62,982 nt of DNA, filler included, from Olpidium bornovanus S191 (GCA_017911155.1; 32 parts of 32 records of this genome joined end to end with filler, not necessarily neighbours in it); one strand, 5' to 3'; positions 36,499-48,429 are shown, counted from the first letter of the whole stretch. Numbers and translations are program-made. Notes: a model not told the origin generated them from the sequence alone.

Positions 36499-37122
36499 CA
36501 TGTAGTTGACTCGGGTGATCCGCGTACGGTCAACGCTGGCCGCCGATGTGCGCTTCACGAAGTCGAACGCGTCTGCTGTCTTTGTTCATCAAAATTTTTT
36601 GGCTTGGCGAGAGAGGCCCAGGCAGACGGAGTTGCTGCTCACGACTGCTGTCGCCAGAAACCCGCACCTTCGCATCCTGCAAAGCATATACTGAAAATTT
36701 GCCGGTGGCTTGCCGCCCGGCGGAAGTCTTAAATGAGTTTTTGTGCGGAGCGCGTTTCTGCCAAAGGCATCTCAGGTCACGTCCAGCCTGCTGTGAATGG
36801 GTGGGAGTCCGTCAGAGCGCCGGACGGTGAATATTGCCATCGGTGCGGCCCCGTGCATCGTCCGGTGGGAAATGACGTGACCCCCGTGACCCCGTGGACG
36901 CCCGATTCTGAGCCGACAGGGTTCCCGATGCCAGGTGAGCCAGGCCGAATTGTCGTACTTTCGGAATGGTTGCCGAGCATACTTTTTTTTTTTTTTTTTT
37001 TTTTTTTTGGTGGCTGCTCTGAGCAAGTGGTTACCTTCCGCGCAGAATGCGGTGGCCGAAACGATTTGCGACGAAAATTTCTCAGGGCTGCCCAGCTCAA
37101 CAGCCATCAACCCAAACCCCAC
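36499..37122 (-). CDS. Unidentified spliced coding fragment
   Basis: Protein-like segments LGSPEKFSSQIVSATAFCAE, DAKVRVSGDSS and ADAFDFVKRTSAASVDRTRITRVNYM sit next to GT/AG sites. Family not recognised. Confidence 0.3.
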
Positions 37123-37553
37123 TCCGCGTACAGGTGCGCTCGTTGCACATTACGAGGCACGGCCGCCACGCGACGCAGTTTAAGAACGGATGGCACCAGA
37201 ATGATTGCACGTTTTTGGTTCAGATCTGCGCCCGGGTGCGCAGCTCGCAAGCTGTGGAACCAGCCCCCGGACGTGAGCAAGAGGGGGGGGTGGGGGGGGG
37301 GAATTAGATGGGTTACCTGGACACGACATCATTTGCTCGCCGGCGAAATTCCGTTTTGGCCCGAAAATGGTCCTAGCTAATAATCGACCGCTCGCGCAGG
37401 AGGACCGCTATCTTGCAGACCACGTCGTTGTAACAAGATTTTTGCGGGTTTCCTTGCGTTTTCCCCTGTCGCATCAGAAATCAGACTCGGGTTTTCACGT
37501 GACTTTGGCTCTTTTCTCAGGGCCCCCCCGCTTCCCCCACCCATTTGTTGGAT

Positions 37554-37609
37554 AAGGGGGCAAAATAAAGGGGCAAAAATAAAAGGGCAAAAATAAAGGG
37601 GCAAAAATA
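37554..37609. repeat. Four tandem copies of a ~14-bp unit AAGGGGCAAAAATA
   Basis: Read directly from the sequence. Confidence 0.9.
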
Positions 37610-37652
37610 AGGGGGGGGGCTGAACCGCAGGTACACTGCGCACCCCAGCCCC

Positions 37653-37824
37653 TGTTGTACCCCTGTAGAATCCTTAGAAGATCTCCGCCATATAAAATAG
37701 GCACCTCGCCGAGCTATAGAGAAGCGACGCCACAAATGCCGTTTTCCTCTTCTATGCCGTCTTACGGGCTCACCGGGTTTCCGTCTGCAGGTCCTCGATT
37801 ACTCTCGGCACTACTTTTACAACA
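37653..37824 (+). mobile_element. Candidate short solo LTR (172 bp)
   Basis: Begins TGTTGTA and ends TACAACA (perfect 7-bp inverted termini), with TATAAAA at 37691. Flanks CCCC/CCAC give only an imperfect TSD. Confidence 0.5.
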
Positions 37825-40291
37825 CCACCACCACCCACCCCCCTCTAGTGCCTTGCTGCACCACTCTGTCGCACCCCGTCGCAGCGCGAATTGCACTTCG
37901 GCAGCCTACGCCAATTGCGTGCCGACTGATTGATCGCGCCCGTCTGTGAGTGTGGCTTGACCCCCTCGCCCGCCGACCACCGCCCAGCGCCCCCAGTGGA
38001 CCCGCTTTCCCGCTCTCCTGCCCCTACCCCGTCGGCCGTTCGAAACGGTCTCGTTTTTTTCCCAGAGAACACCGACACGAAGATGGAACAGGAACGATAG
38101 AGAATGAGGGCCTTTGTACTGCGGCAAGGTTCAAGTCTCTTTTATTACGACGTCAGGTCCGGATGCTACGGGTAAGGAGACGCGCTTGCGAGGGAAAAGA
38201 ACTGTGAACCAGGGAGTTGCGGGTCTTTGGGTCTGTTAGTAAGAGGCAGAGCTACGGAGCGAGACGAGCACTATTTATGCTCGACGAGGCCGATCGGGGC
38301 AGGACGTCGTCCGAGTCGGTCCTTGCTCCTCCGCCGACGCGGTTGCTTTTCCGAACGGTCGTGGTCCCCACGCAGGGCTCCGTACGCGCGCGCAGTTGCG
38401 CGCGGGGGCAGTATCTTTTACCAGGGGGGTGGTGTGGTTGGTGGTGGGTTCCCGCGTGTGGCGTTATTGTGGAAGAGGGGGCTCTTCTATTGGCGGGCTC
38501 TGAGGGGGGAACTATCCCATTGGTCGGGCCCTGGGCCGTCTTGTCCCCGCCTCCGCCTCCCGCCCGCCGCCGCCTTCTGTGGCTTCCTCCTTGGCGTAGG
38601 GCGATGGTCGGGGCTAGGGCCGTGCCACAGCACAGCCTTGCACTGGACAATCGCGTCACACGCGGAAACGATGTTTTTGACGTGGCCGTTTCGCCCTTCC
38701 CTCCTCCCTTGTCTCGTTGGGCATTTTTCTTCGTTTCGCCCGGTTGGTATGGGGGGGATTTTTTTCTGCCTCTCGGACGTTGTTTACGGGCCGGCTCTCC
38801 CGCCAGGCTGCGTTGCTACAGGCGCGTCTGCCTCGTTTCTTCCTGTCGTTTTATGCGCCTAGTTTTTATTCGGCTGTTTTCTTTGTTTGGGGTGGGGAAA
38901 AGCGTTGTTTTCGTTCGGGGGTTTTCTTCCTTTTAAATGCGCTCGTAACTACCGTATTCTACGACACCCCTCCTCGAGCGCACATGGTAACAGGTGAAGG
39001 GAAAAAGAANNNNNNNNNNNNNNNNNNNNNNNNNNNNNNNNNNNNNNNNNNNNTTAATTAATTAANNNNNNNNNNNNNNNNNNNNNNNNNNNNNNNNNNN
39101 NNNNNNNNNCATGCGAATATCACGAACGGGAGCGACAACCCAGGTCCGTTCCACAAAAATTCCCGGAGCCTGTCCCCGAGTTCTGCCGCCGGAACGCTTT
39201 TTGCCTCAGCCTTCGATTATCGCCCGGGATGGCATTGCTGCTCGCCTCCTCCGGCTGTAAGTTGACAGACCAAAAATATGTCAACGTGAGCCCGCAAACA
39301 GAGTTGTTCTTAATCCCCGTTCTTTTTTTTTTTTCCTCGTTGCGGTTTTTGTGCGCGCCGCCCGCGGCGGAACTAAGACCGCCGGGTTTCCGGGGCGCGC
39401 GTCTCCTCGGCCGGCGGGCCACGTGCCGGGACGCGCGCACCGCCGCACCCGCACACGCCGCGCTGCCGGAAATGAGGACGCTGTGGGAGACGAGGCGGCG
39501 AAGGAGGAACGCGGCAGAAGGGGACGGCGGCGACCGGCGGCGAAGGCGGCGGCCAGCCAGGAAGGAGGCCGCACCGAGGCAGGAAGGAGGCGGCCGAGAA
39601 AAGGACCAGAGAATAGTAATCTCACTCTACACTGAATATATATTTATATATAATATATAATATATATACCACGGAGACGGCGCCGGCGGGGGCGGGGGAG
39701 GGGGGGGTGGGGAACGCGATCAGCATGCCCCCCCCCCGCCCCCCCCGTTTCCCACCCCTGCCCTTCACGCCAGAGGGAAGCAGATGTCCTCGTGGTGGGA
39801 CACCCGCCTTCCGCCCGCACCTTCCCTCCTTCCGGCCCCGCGCCTCGCCCGCCGGCTCGAAAGCAAGCGCGCCCCCCGCGCGCTCCTCCGTTGGGGCGAG
39901 CTGCGCGCCGGGACCCTTGGTAAGGTGGATGTGGCGTTTACGACAGTCAGCAGGGCCCGGGCCGGGGGGCGGGGGGGGGGAGGGGGGAGGGAGGGGTGCT
40001 GCTATGGCCCTTTGAGGAAAGGGTTTCGCAGGAGAATCCGGGAACACGCCGCACAGGCTGACACTGCAGCTCATTATCCCTCACGAACCGGCAGCACGGC
40101 AAAGAAAGCCGGCCAGTTTGTCCGGGAATGGTATTCGACATTGGGGTTCGCTGCCAGCGCCGTCGACCGGAGTGCAAAAAAAAACGGAAAACGAACGAGT
40201 ACGATGTTCTCTGCCGTCAAGTCGCCCGCCGTCGCCAACGGAGGAAAAAAATATGCCGATTAAAACCCCTTTCCGGATTGCTTCCCCCTCC

Positions 40292-40328
<37 letters not shown>

Positions 40329-41527
40329 CCCCCCCCGACCTCGNNNNNNNNNNNNNNNNNNNNNNNNNNNNNNNNNNNNNNNNNNNNTTAATTAATTAAN
40401 NNNNNNNNNNNNNNNNNNNNNNNNNNNNNNNNNNNNNNNNNNNCATGTGATATCTACCAGCAAGGCAACCACCGCTACCGAGACAGCCCTGAAGGAGACC
40501 TGATCCCAGTGCTATAACAGAGACACTAAAATGACATCAAGCAATATGCCAATATAAATCAGGGCACGGGCTTAAATAATTAAGACTGCGTATTACATAG
40601 TTCGGATAGTATGATTCTCATTCCCCGTTTTACGAAATACAAGTACCTTCAAACTTTGCGGCTTTGAAAAAAGGAGAAAAAAGGTATTCCGTCAGATGTC
40701 AAAAAAAAGTTATCTTGCAAAGTGTGAAAAAAAAAGAACAACGCGAACTGTCAGAACAAAAAAAAAGTAAAGAAAAATGGCACGCCGTAGTTCGCAAAAA
40801 AAAACTATATGCGAACTATAAAACTAGAAACTATAAAAAGGCTTTGCCGGCTCCAGTCAAAAAAAAAGATTGAGCCGTGGGGGCTATGCCGTGCTTTCTG
40901 CATCCCGTGTAAATCTCACAAACACACGACAAAAAAATTTTTTTTTTCTCAAACAGCAAAAAAAGTGAGCAAATCTTTCGTGATCAGACAAAGCGTGAAT
41001 TCAGCAGTGACAAAAAAAACACGCTAATCGACCGTGCTTCTGAATTCCAGAGTCGAAAACAAAGGGACGCCGGCTGCAGCACAAAAAAAAACTTTGGCAG
41101 CACAGCCGTGCACACTATGCCGTGATTTCACCATCCCGTTGAACTCTCATACAAACATGACTAAGATCCAACAAGTTTACAAACAGAAAGTATAGTGAGC
41201 AGACAACGCGTGAATTTAGAAGCTTCAGCCCGTACCTCTCAATTCTGCGGAAAAAAAATACTGGGGGGGGGGGGGGGGGGGTGGCCGAAAAAAATGGTGT
41301 AGCCGTGTACACTATACTATGAATGCTGTAGCCGTGCACACTATACTATGGTCTCTCCGCACCCTGGAATTCTCATACAAGTCTGCAAACAGAAAATATA
41401 ATGAGCGAATTGCCCGTTTTGCAAATCGTCCGTACCTCCACATCCTGCTGCATTAAAAAAAGAAGAAATAAAAAAGGTACGCCGGCAGACGTCAAAAAAA
41501 ATATTCCTACTTCATTCCGTCCTGCGA

Positions 41528-41645
41528 TCACGACCGCCATGCCCACCGCGATGCCCACCGCGATGCCGCGATCGCGATGCCCACCGCGATGCCGCGATCG
41601 CGATGCCGGGATCGCGATGCCGGGATCGCGATGCCGGGATCGCGA
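41528..41645. repeat. Minisatellite of 12-14-bp units (CGCGATGCCCAC / CGCGATGCCGGGAT) containing ATCGCGAT palindromes
   Basis: Read directly from the sequence. Confidence 0.93.
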
Positions 41646-42337
41646 CGCCTTCCTTGCTTCCTTCCTTCGTCCTTCCTTGCTTCCGTCCTTCCTTCCTTTC
41701 TTCCTTGCTGTTCCGCAGAGAAACCCCGCGCTCTCGACAGAACCCGGCAAGAGACGGTCAGCCGCCACACACCCATTGTTTCCCACGACAATTCATAGGG
41801 TAGAGCCGAGCGGACCGGGCACAACGCCACCTTCCGCCCCCATTCCTTTCCTTCCGGCGGCCGCAAAATAAAAAAGAAAAAAAAAAAAAAAAAAAAAAAA
41901 AGTTTGGAATAAAACGAAAGATGGCGGTCGCGCGCGATGCCGCCAAGGAAGGATGTTTGCCGGACCAAAAACAGTCTGTCTGCGACTCGCCTAAACAACC
42001 GAGGAGAATCTCGATACAGAGAGCCGAGGGCGGCACGAGCCGGTCAGCCGCCACACACCCCACTGTCCATACTTGTACCTAGGATGGAGCCGGGCCGACC
42101 CGGCACACCGCACATTCCACCACCATGCATCGCGCTACCCCCCCCCCCGGTTCCCTCCTTACGTCCCTCCTTCCTTCCTTCCTTTGCCCCTTCCGTCCTT
42201 CCAGGTGTTCTGACTAACTGTCCGCCCGTCACGCGCGTCACGCCCGTCGCGTTCGCAAGACTCCCAACATGGAACCCTCGGATCACGGTCCGTGGGTGGA
42301 AAGGCCGGTCCTTCATTCCGTCTTTCCTTTCCTCCCT

Positions 42338-42431
42338 CCTTCCTTCCGGCCTTCCTTCCGGCCTTCCTTCCGGCCTTCCTTCCGGCCTTCCTTCCGGCCT
42401 TCCTTCCGGCCTTCCTTCCGGCCTTCCTTCC
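42338..42431. repeat. Seven perfect copies plus a partial copy of CCTTCCTTCCGG
   Basis: Units start at 42338, 42350, 42362, 42374, 42386, 42398 and 42410. Confidence 0.97.
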
Positions 42432-42793
42432 TACTTTATTTTCCTTTTCTCCATCCTGGCGCGAGGGCCCCTTTTGGTGTGTGGCGTTGCGGTTCGGCAA
42501 GTTGGCCCAACCCTATCTCCCCCCCCCCCAACCCATCACCCTCTCCTTCCTTCCTCCCTGCATTCCTTCCTTCCTTTTTTCCTTCTTCCTTCCTTCCTCC
42601 TCCCTGCATTCCTTCCTTCCTGGCTCCGGCGCGTGGCGACGTTTCACGCTGTGCGCGGCGTTGCGGTTCGGAGCGCTGGGCACCTTCCCTGCCTTCCCTT
42701 CCTTCCGGTGGCACCGTCCGCGAAAAAAAAAAAAAAAAGATGCCGCCGCGCGTCATGCCGTCAAAAAAAGGAAGGAAGGATGGTTGAAAACAA

Positions 42794-42913
42794 TCTGCGT
42801 CGGATTATGCGTTGGATTCTGCGTCGGATTCTGCGTCGGATTCTGCGTCTGAATTTGCGTCGGATTCTACGTCAAATTCTCCGTCTGAATGTGCGTCGGA
42901 TTCTGCGTCTGAA
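42794..42913. repeat. Ten degenerate copies of the 12-mer TCTGCGTCGGAT
   Basis: Read directly; variants include TCTGCGTCTGAA and TCTACGTCAAAT. Confidence 0.95.
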
Positions 42914-43307
42914 CCTGCCGGCAGACGTCAAAAAAAATCGTCGGCCGTGGTCGAAAAAAAGGTTAGCCCGGCAGATCTCAAAAGAAGTAATCAACGTAAA
43001 GTAAAATAATCTCTCAGGGTAAGTATCTAGGTAACTCTGGCAGCATATATCTGAGGGAGCAAAGCTCAACGATGTGTAGTAAATCACCATGTCAAAGTCA
43101 CAGGCCTTCACGACGTTCATCGGGTCTGGGCTCGGACTTAAGGCCGTGCTTGTTAGTTTAGAGCTTATTGCAACTCTGTAAGAACGGATAAACAGGTTTG
43201 CCAGCCGNNNNNNNNNNNNNNNNNNNNNNNNNNNNNNNNNNNNNNNNNNNNTTAATTAATTAANNNNNNNNNNNNNNNNNNNNNNNNNNNNNNNNNNNNN
43301 NNNNNNN

Positions 43308-43720
43308 CATGCGCAATGCTATAAGGCTTTACTAGGAGCGCTCGGCTTCTCACTATGCCCCGGCCAAAATTTCAAAGATACATAAAGCCCCGTGACGGGC
43401 ACCATTTGTCTTCAAATATTGATCTCATTTGCGGTGCAGCGCACGTTGAAGATACGCCGAATGGATGTAATGAGCACCTATTTTTATGGTTTCTTGATGT
43501 TCAACCTCTATTTGAATGGCCCACCATTGGTCAATGGCCCTGGAAAAGTGGCCGGCCGAAAAATGCGGAATCACACTGCTGCGTGCGGCTTCTGGCCTGA
43601 AACAGACGGGTCGCATTCGGTACCAGCGCTTTCGCGCAGCGTGGCGGTTCGATGACGAGACAGGAGTGCTTTATTCACGGGTGTTGTGTCATTGCTTCGC
43701 GTCGACCACGGTGACTGATC
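43308..43720 (+). pseudogene. Highly degenerate Ty1/copia RT remnant
   Basis: YKALLGALGFSLCPGQNFKDT*SPV...ILISFAVQRTLKIRRMDVMSTYFYGFLMFNLYLNGPP, then LLRAASGLKQTGRIRY in another frame. This follows YKARLVARGF..PG.DF.ET+SPV...QMDVKTAFL...YGLKQ..R.WY. Confidence 0.75.
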
Positions 43721-44789
43721 GCTGGTAAATCACCCGCCGCCGCCCGCTGGTGCGCACACGGTGCCCGCTTAGCGCGGGAAAGGCCCCCGAGAACCCTGAC
43801 GGGGCTTGCCACGTGGCCGGAACCGGCTCTCGCTATCCCCGCGGGCGCAGGGCAAACTCGCGTGCGTAATCTGTCTAAGCCGGCTGTGCGACGCGAAACC
43901 CGACGGCATCGCGGTTGCCTGATTCGTGAGTTCCCGGACTTATAGATCGAGGCCTGCGAGCCGACGCTGTAACGAGCGCTCGCCGCGTTTCCGCGAGAAG
44001 CTTTCGCGGCGAGCTTCCGGCCCACGCGGATCACGTACAACCAGCAGAAAAGTGGGCGGTCCTTGATCTGCGCAGTCATGGTTTTGGTTGGAGTTTGAAT
44101 CGCGTACTCTGCATGTGTTCTTGATAGACCCTGCGCCCCTTTCCATAATGCTTTAAGCGATTACTGCTTGCGGGTCGAATAAAATAGTTCTTCGTGGCCG
44201 CCGCATCTGCAGCCTCTCGGTTTACCTCCCTTCCGCCGTCTTAAATAGACCTATTTGTTAAATAGATCTTGTCGGCCGAATAGAAACGCAAGTGACTTCA
44301 GCGGGCATAGTGGGTCGGACCGTGCAGAGACTCAGGTTACCCCTGTGGTAACCGGAGTGTGCTGAAACTAAGTCCTATGCTAACTGGAGACGCTTCGTCT
44401 TAGATACATTGATGTCAATTCCCCTGGTGCCATCTTGGGCTCGCCAAATACATTCACCAATTGAAAACCCTGCGAATAGGTTATGTGCCCAACATGGCGC
44501 CCAAAGGATAGTCAGGTCATTGAAAAGATTCAATGGAAGCGACAATGCCACGTGGGCTCGGCGTGTTGAGCAACTCCCGAAAAGCCGGCGACTGTGCGGA
44601 TGTGTCTGCACCCCGAGTAATGAGTGATGAGAAAACCGCGAGAGGAAGTCCAGGGCGCATGTTACCCGTGTCCCCAATTTGAGGGCAATGTGGGCTGTGG
44701 CGCCCCCGGCTTCCCCCAGGTCAAAACACACCACCCCCGAAAAAAGGAGGCGGAAGGTTTTTGCAGCCGTTGCGTTGTCCCTAAACCCT

Positions 44790-44832
<43 letters not shown>

Positions 44833-44959
44833 CCCCCCCCGCCCCCGCCCCCCCCCCNNNNNNNNNNNNNNNNNNNNNNNNNNNNNNNNNNNNNNNNNNN
44901 NTTAATTAATTAANNNNNNNNNNNNNNNNNNNNNNNNNNNNNNNNNNNNNNNNNNNNCG

Positions 44960-44994
<35 letters not shown>

Positions 44995-45075
44995 GGTCGC
45001 CGGGGCGGCCGACGTGCTCAATTTCCTTTTTTTTTCATTTTTTGGCGGTCGCCGGGACCGCCGACGTACTATTTT

Positions 45076-45113
<38 letters not shown>

Positions 45114-45132
45114 GCCCCGCGGCCCCCGGAAC

Positions 45133-45843
45133 ATGGTCTACTGCGAGCACGCGCACAAGCTCCTGCGCGAGGCCAAACGGACCGTTGACGTCCTGCCCCC
45201 GTACAACGACGAGACGGTGCGAGCGGGCGTGCGCGAGACCCGGACGCTGCTGGAGTTCGTCACCCGCGCGGCGGACGAGCACCGGGCTTCCTCCTCCTCG
45301 TCGTCGTCCTCTTCCTCCAACCCGCCGCCGTCGGCCGACCCCCCGCCGCTGTCGCGGCCGGACATGGCCGGCCTGCTCGTCCACCACGTGTCGGTGCGCC
45401 GGAACAAGCGGGCGCTGCTGGCGTACCACCGCCGCCGGCTCGACAGGGTGCAGGAGATGGCCTGGGCGTCCGGGATGACGGGCGTGGCGGCGGCGGCGGC
45501 TGCGCCGGCCGGGGACGCCGCCGCCGCCGCCGCCGCCGCCGCCGCGCGGAGCTGCCTGTCGGCCAACGAGGAGAGCTTCCTCCGCGCGTACTCAGAGCTG
45601 GGGAGGAAGTACGCGCGCGCCGCGGCCCGCGACGCCTTCACGGACCTCGTCGACCTGCTCGTCCCGACCGCCGCGCTTTTGCCGCCGAGGGAGCTCTACA
45701 TTACCGTGAGGGTCCTGCGGGACTGCGGGGAGATTTTCACCGAGAGCGGCACGGTCGTGATGCGGAAAGGCGAGGAGCACTTCATCAGGAGATCGGACGT
45801 GGAACGCCTGATCGCCCAGGGGTCCCTGCAACACGTCGCGTAG
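45133..45843 (+). CDS. PSF1: GINS complex subunit Psf1, complete and intronless (236 aa)
   Basis: LPPYNDETVR...HHVSVRRNKRALLAYHRRRL...PPRELYITVRVLRDCGEIFTESG...HFIRRSDVERLIAQG. Confidence 0.97.
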   Translation: MVYCEHAHKLLREAKRTVDVLPPYNDETVRAGVRETRTLLEFVTRAADEHRASSSSSSSSSSNPPPSADPPPLSRPDMAGLLVHHVSVRRNKRALLAYHRRRLDRVQEMAWASGMTGVAAAAAAPAGDAAAAAAAAAARSCLSANEESFLRAYSELGRKYARAAARDAFTDLVDLLVPTAALLPPRELYITVRVLRDCGEIFTESGTVVMRKGEEHFIRRSDVERLIAQGSLQHVA

Positions 45844-46419
45844 GGGCGCTCCTCCCCCCTCTCCACCTCTCCTCCCGGGGCGGAGATGGACTCGCGCCGA
45901 AATAACTTTGAAAATTGAAGCAACCCGGATTTGTCACGCTCGAGGACGGGAAACGTGAGGCAACGCAAATGCAAGGCGTGGGAATCAAAGGGGGACCCCG
46001 AAGCCCAACTTTGTTTACAATGTAGGCGCAAAATCTGCGAGCGCGGTAAAAGAGCACCGGAACAGTCACCACTTGTGTTACAGTACAACGCGGTGTTTCA
46101 AGAATACGACTCTAACGGTCAACTCCCGCTCCTGCATCGCGGCTTCAAAGATGTCAGCCAGCCGCGCAAGTCACGCAGGATTCTCACCTTAAATCGCCTC
46201 GATCGGGCCGCCGAGCGGCAGCGTACGCCTGCCCGGTGTTCTCGCGACCAACCGCACCCCTCTCCTCTCTTCCGTCCCCCCGTCCCTCTCTTTGCCCCCC
46301 TCCTCCCGCCCCCTTGCCCTCCTGCGGCAAGGGGAGCCGCTGCATGCATGATCTCCCTAAACCAGACGGAACCACAAAGGATACCGCACTTGCCATGTCA
46401 GAAATAGGTCGCTATGATC

Positions 46420-46830
46420 AAAAACTGCGAACTTATGAGGAAGCAATTGCGAGTGACAAATCCGAACACTGGCGAGCAGCGATGAGAATTGAACCGATAC
46501 CCTCCAGTGCTTTCCTGCGTGGGAATTAGTTCAGAGACCTCAAAATCAAAGGATATTCATGGGCAAGTGGGTTTTTAAGCGAAGATTGAACCCTGATGGA
46601 TCAGTAAACAAGTACAGAGTGTAATTTGTTGGCCAGGATTTACAAACCAAAGGCATAGATTACAATGAAACATTTTTCCCCGTGGTATCCGTAACTGCCA
46701 TGCGCGTCATTTTGGCCATCACTACGGGCCATGGATGGCAGATGCACCAAAGGAATGTTGCTCTGGCTTACTTAAACGAGCAGCTTGACGAGACAATTTG
46801 CTTGAAGCAGCCGATTGGATTTATCATGGC
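46420..46830 (+). pseudogene. Degenerate Ty1/copia RT remnant
   Basis: RTYEEAIASDKSEHWRAAM ... TKGIDYNETFFPVVSVTAMRVILAITTGHGWQMHQRNVALAYLNEQLDETICLKQPIGF, with stops and frameshifts. Confidence 0.88.
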
Positions 46831-47044
46831 AAGGGCCAAGTATGCCTACTTTGATGAACGCCTTACGGACTCAAGCAAAGCGGACGAGGTTGGAATATCA
46901 GGCTGCTCAAAAAACTCACCAAATTCAAAGGTTCAGTTGCCGTCNNNNNNNNNNNNNNNNNNNNNNNNNNNNNNNNNNNNNNNNNNNNTTAATTAATTAA
47001 NNNNNNNNNNNNNNNNNNNNNNNNNNNNNNNNNNNNNNNNNNNN

Positions 47045-47076
<32 letters not shown>

Positions 47077-48429
47077 ACGGAGAAAGCGTTGTCAGAATAA
47101 CTCACGCGTTTCCGGAAAACTTTTTTCCGCTCGAAACCACCAGATCCTGTCAGATGAGATAAAACGTGCCGCCTTCGTTCGAAGTAAACCGGAAGGTAAA
47201 AAGAAAAAAAAGAAGAGGCACGGTGCCTCGCAGAATGAAAACTTTCCGGGGTGGAGGAGAAAACGTGATGACGACTTCATCCAAAAAAAAAAAAAAAAAA
47301 AAATCGAAAAAATAAAAATAAAAATGAAAAACAGCAAAAAGCGAGCGCGGTGGCTTCGAGAAAGAATCTGCCGGGGGCCCCGGCGACCGCGGCAGCCGCT
47401 CGAACTTCGACGGCTTCGCGGACGAGGACGAGATGTGCGACGACGGGGGCGGCGAAGACGAGGACGGTTTCAAATACTGGCACGGCGGCCGGCGCCGCCG
47501 ACGGAGAAGACGGAAGAACGGAACAGACGTGCTCGTCAGAGTGGAGGTAGCGTTCGCGGACGCGCTGCAGGGGAAGACGATCACCGTCGACGTCCCGCGG
47601 GTGTCGACGTGCAGGACGTGCTCGGGCGAAGGCACCGGGCGCGGCTCGACGCGCAGGGACTGCCGCAGGTGTAAGGGGCGGGGCGCGGTCCGGAAGCGGC
47701 GCGGCGCCGCGATGATGAACACGGAGTGTTCGAAATGCCGCGGGTCCGGCGGGCACGTTTCGCCCGAGGCCCGGTGCGGCGCCTGCCACGGCCAGGGAGG
47801 CACGAAGACGACGGGCACGGCGGACGTCAAGATCCCGTCAGGTCGGCGCCGCCACCCATCCCCCACGCCCCCCCAGCCCCCGCCCTTTTCCCGACGAATT
47901 CCATCGCTTCTGCGCACCCAAACGCTTGCCCAATTCCAGGCAGTAAGCTCGGGGGGGCGGCTGGGGGAAGTCCAGGGGAGGGGGACGGGAAAGGGGCTGA
48001 GCGTCGCCCGGAAGTTCAACCTTTTCTGTTTCCCTCCTCTCTTCGAAACGTTTTGAACTCCCCGCAGACTTGGCAGGAAAATCCAAGAAGACCGTGATCA
48101 GAATACCGCGCAAGGGCAACCCCGCTCTCGGGCGAAAGGGCAAGGCGGGCGACCTGTTCGTGGAGATCTCGGTGCGGCCGTCGGAGGAGTTCCGGCGCGA
48201 CGGGCTCGACATCCACGTCCTTGCGGAAGTGCCGCTCACCACGGCCGTCCTGGGCGGCCGCGTGCGCGTGCCGACGGCGGGCGGGCACGTGGACATGAAC
48301 GTGAGGCCGGGGTCGCAGACGGGCCAGGTCACCGTGATCCGCGACCGGGGCATAAAGGCGCACCGCAAAGCCTCCTGCGGCCACCGCCGGGGACAGCTGT
48401 ACGTGACGATCAACGTCCCGCTGCCGACG
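47077..48429 (+). CDS. Type-I DnaJ co-chaperone (Mdj1/DnaJ-like): end of J domain, four CxxCxGxG repeats, C-terminal domains
   Basis: ILSDEIKRAAF; CRTCSGEG, CRRCKGRG, CSKCRGSG, CGACHGQG; GDLFVEISVRPSEEFRRDGLDIH...AVLGGRVRVPT...PGSQTG. Confidence 0.93.

Noticed and set aside
38234-38700. Possible LTR starting TGTTAG with a GAGCA-TAAATAG-TGCTC hairpin on the minus strand
   Set aside because: No matching opposite terminus or TSD was found in the fragment.
41113-41346. CACTA transposon ends (CACTAT... / ...GTATAGTG)
   Set aside because: No 3-bp TSD and inconsistent orientation; better explained by the local direct repeat.
44375-44734. hAT transposase-like motifs (WAPCWAHNL; SPAFRELL in another frame)
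   Set aside because: The two motifs are much closer together than in hAT transposases, and no DDE context or TIRs were found.
45133-45843. PSF1 as a retrogene (intronless, next to a copia remnant)
   Set aside because: Other GC-rich genes here also have long exons, and there is no poly(A) tail or TSD.
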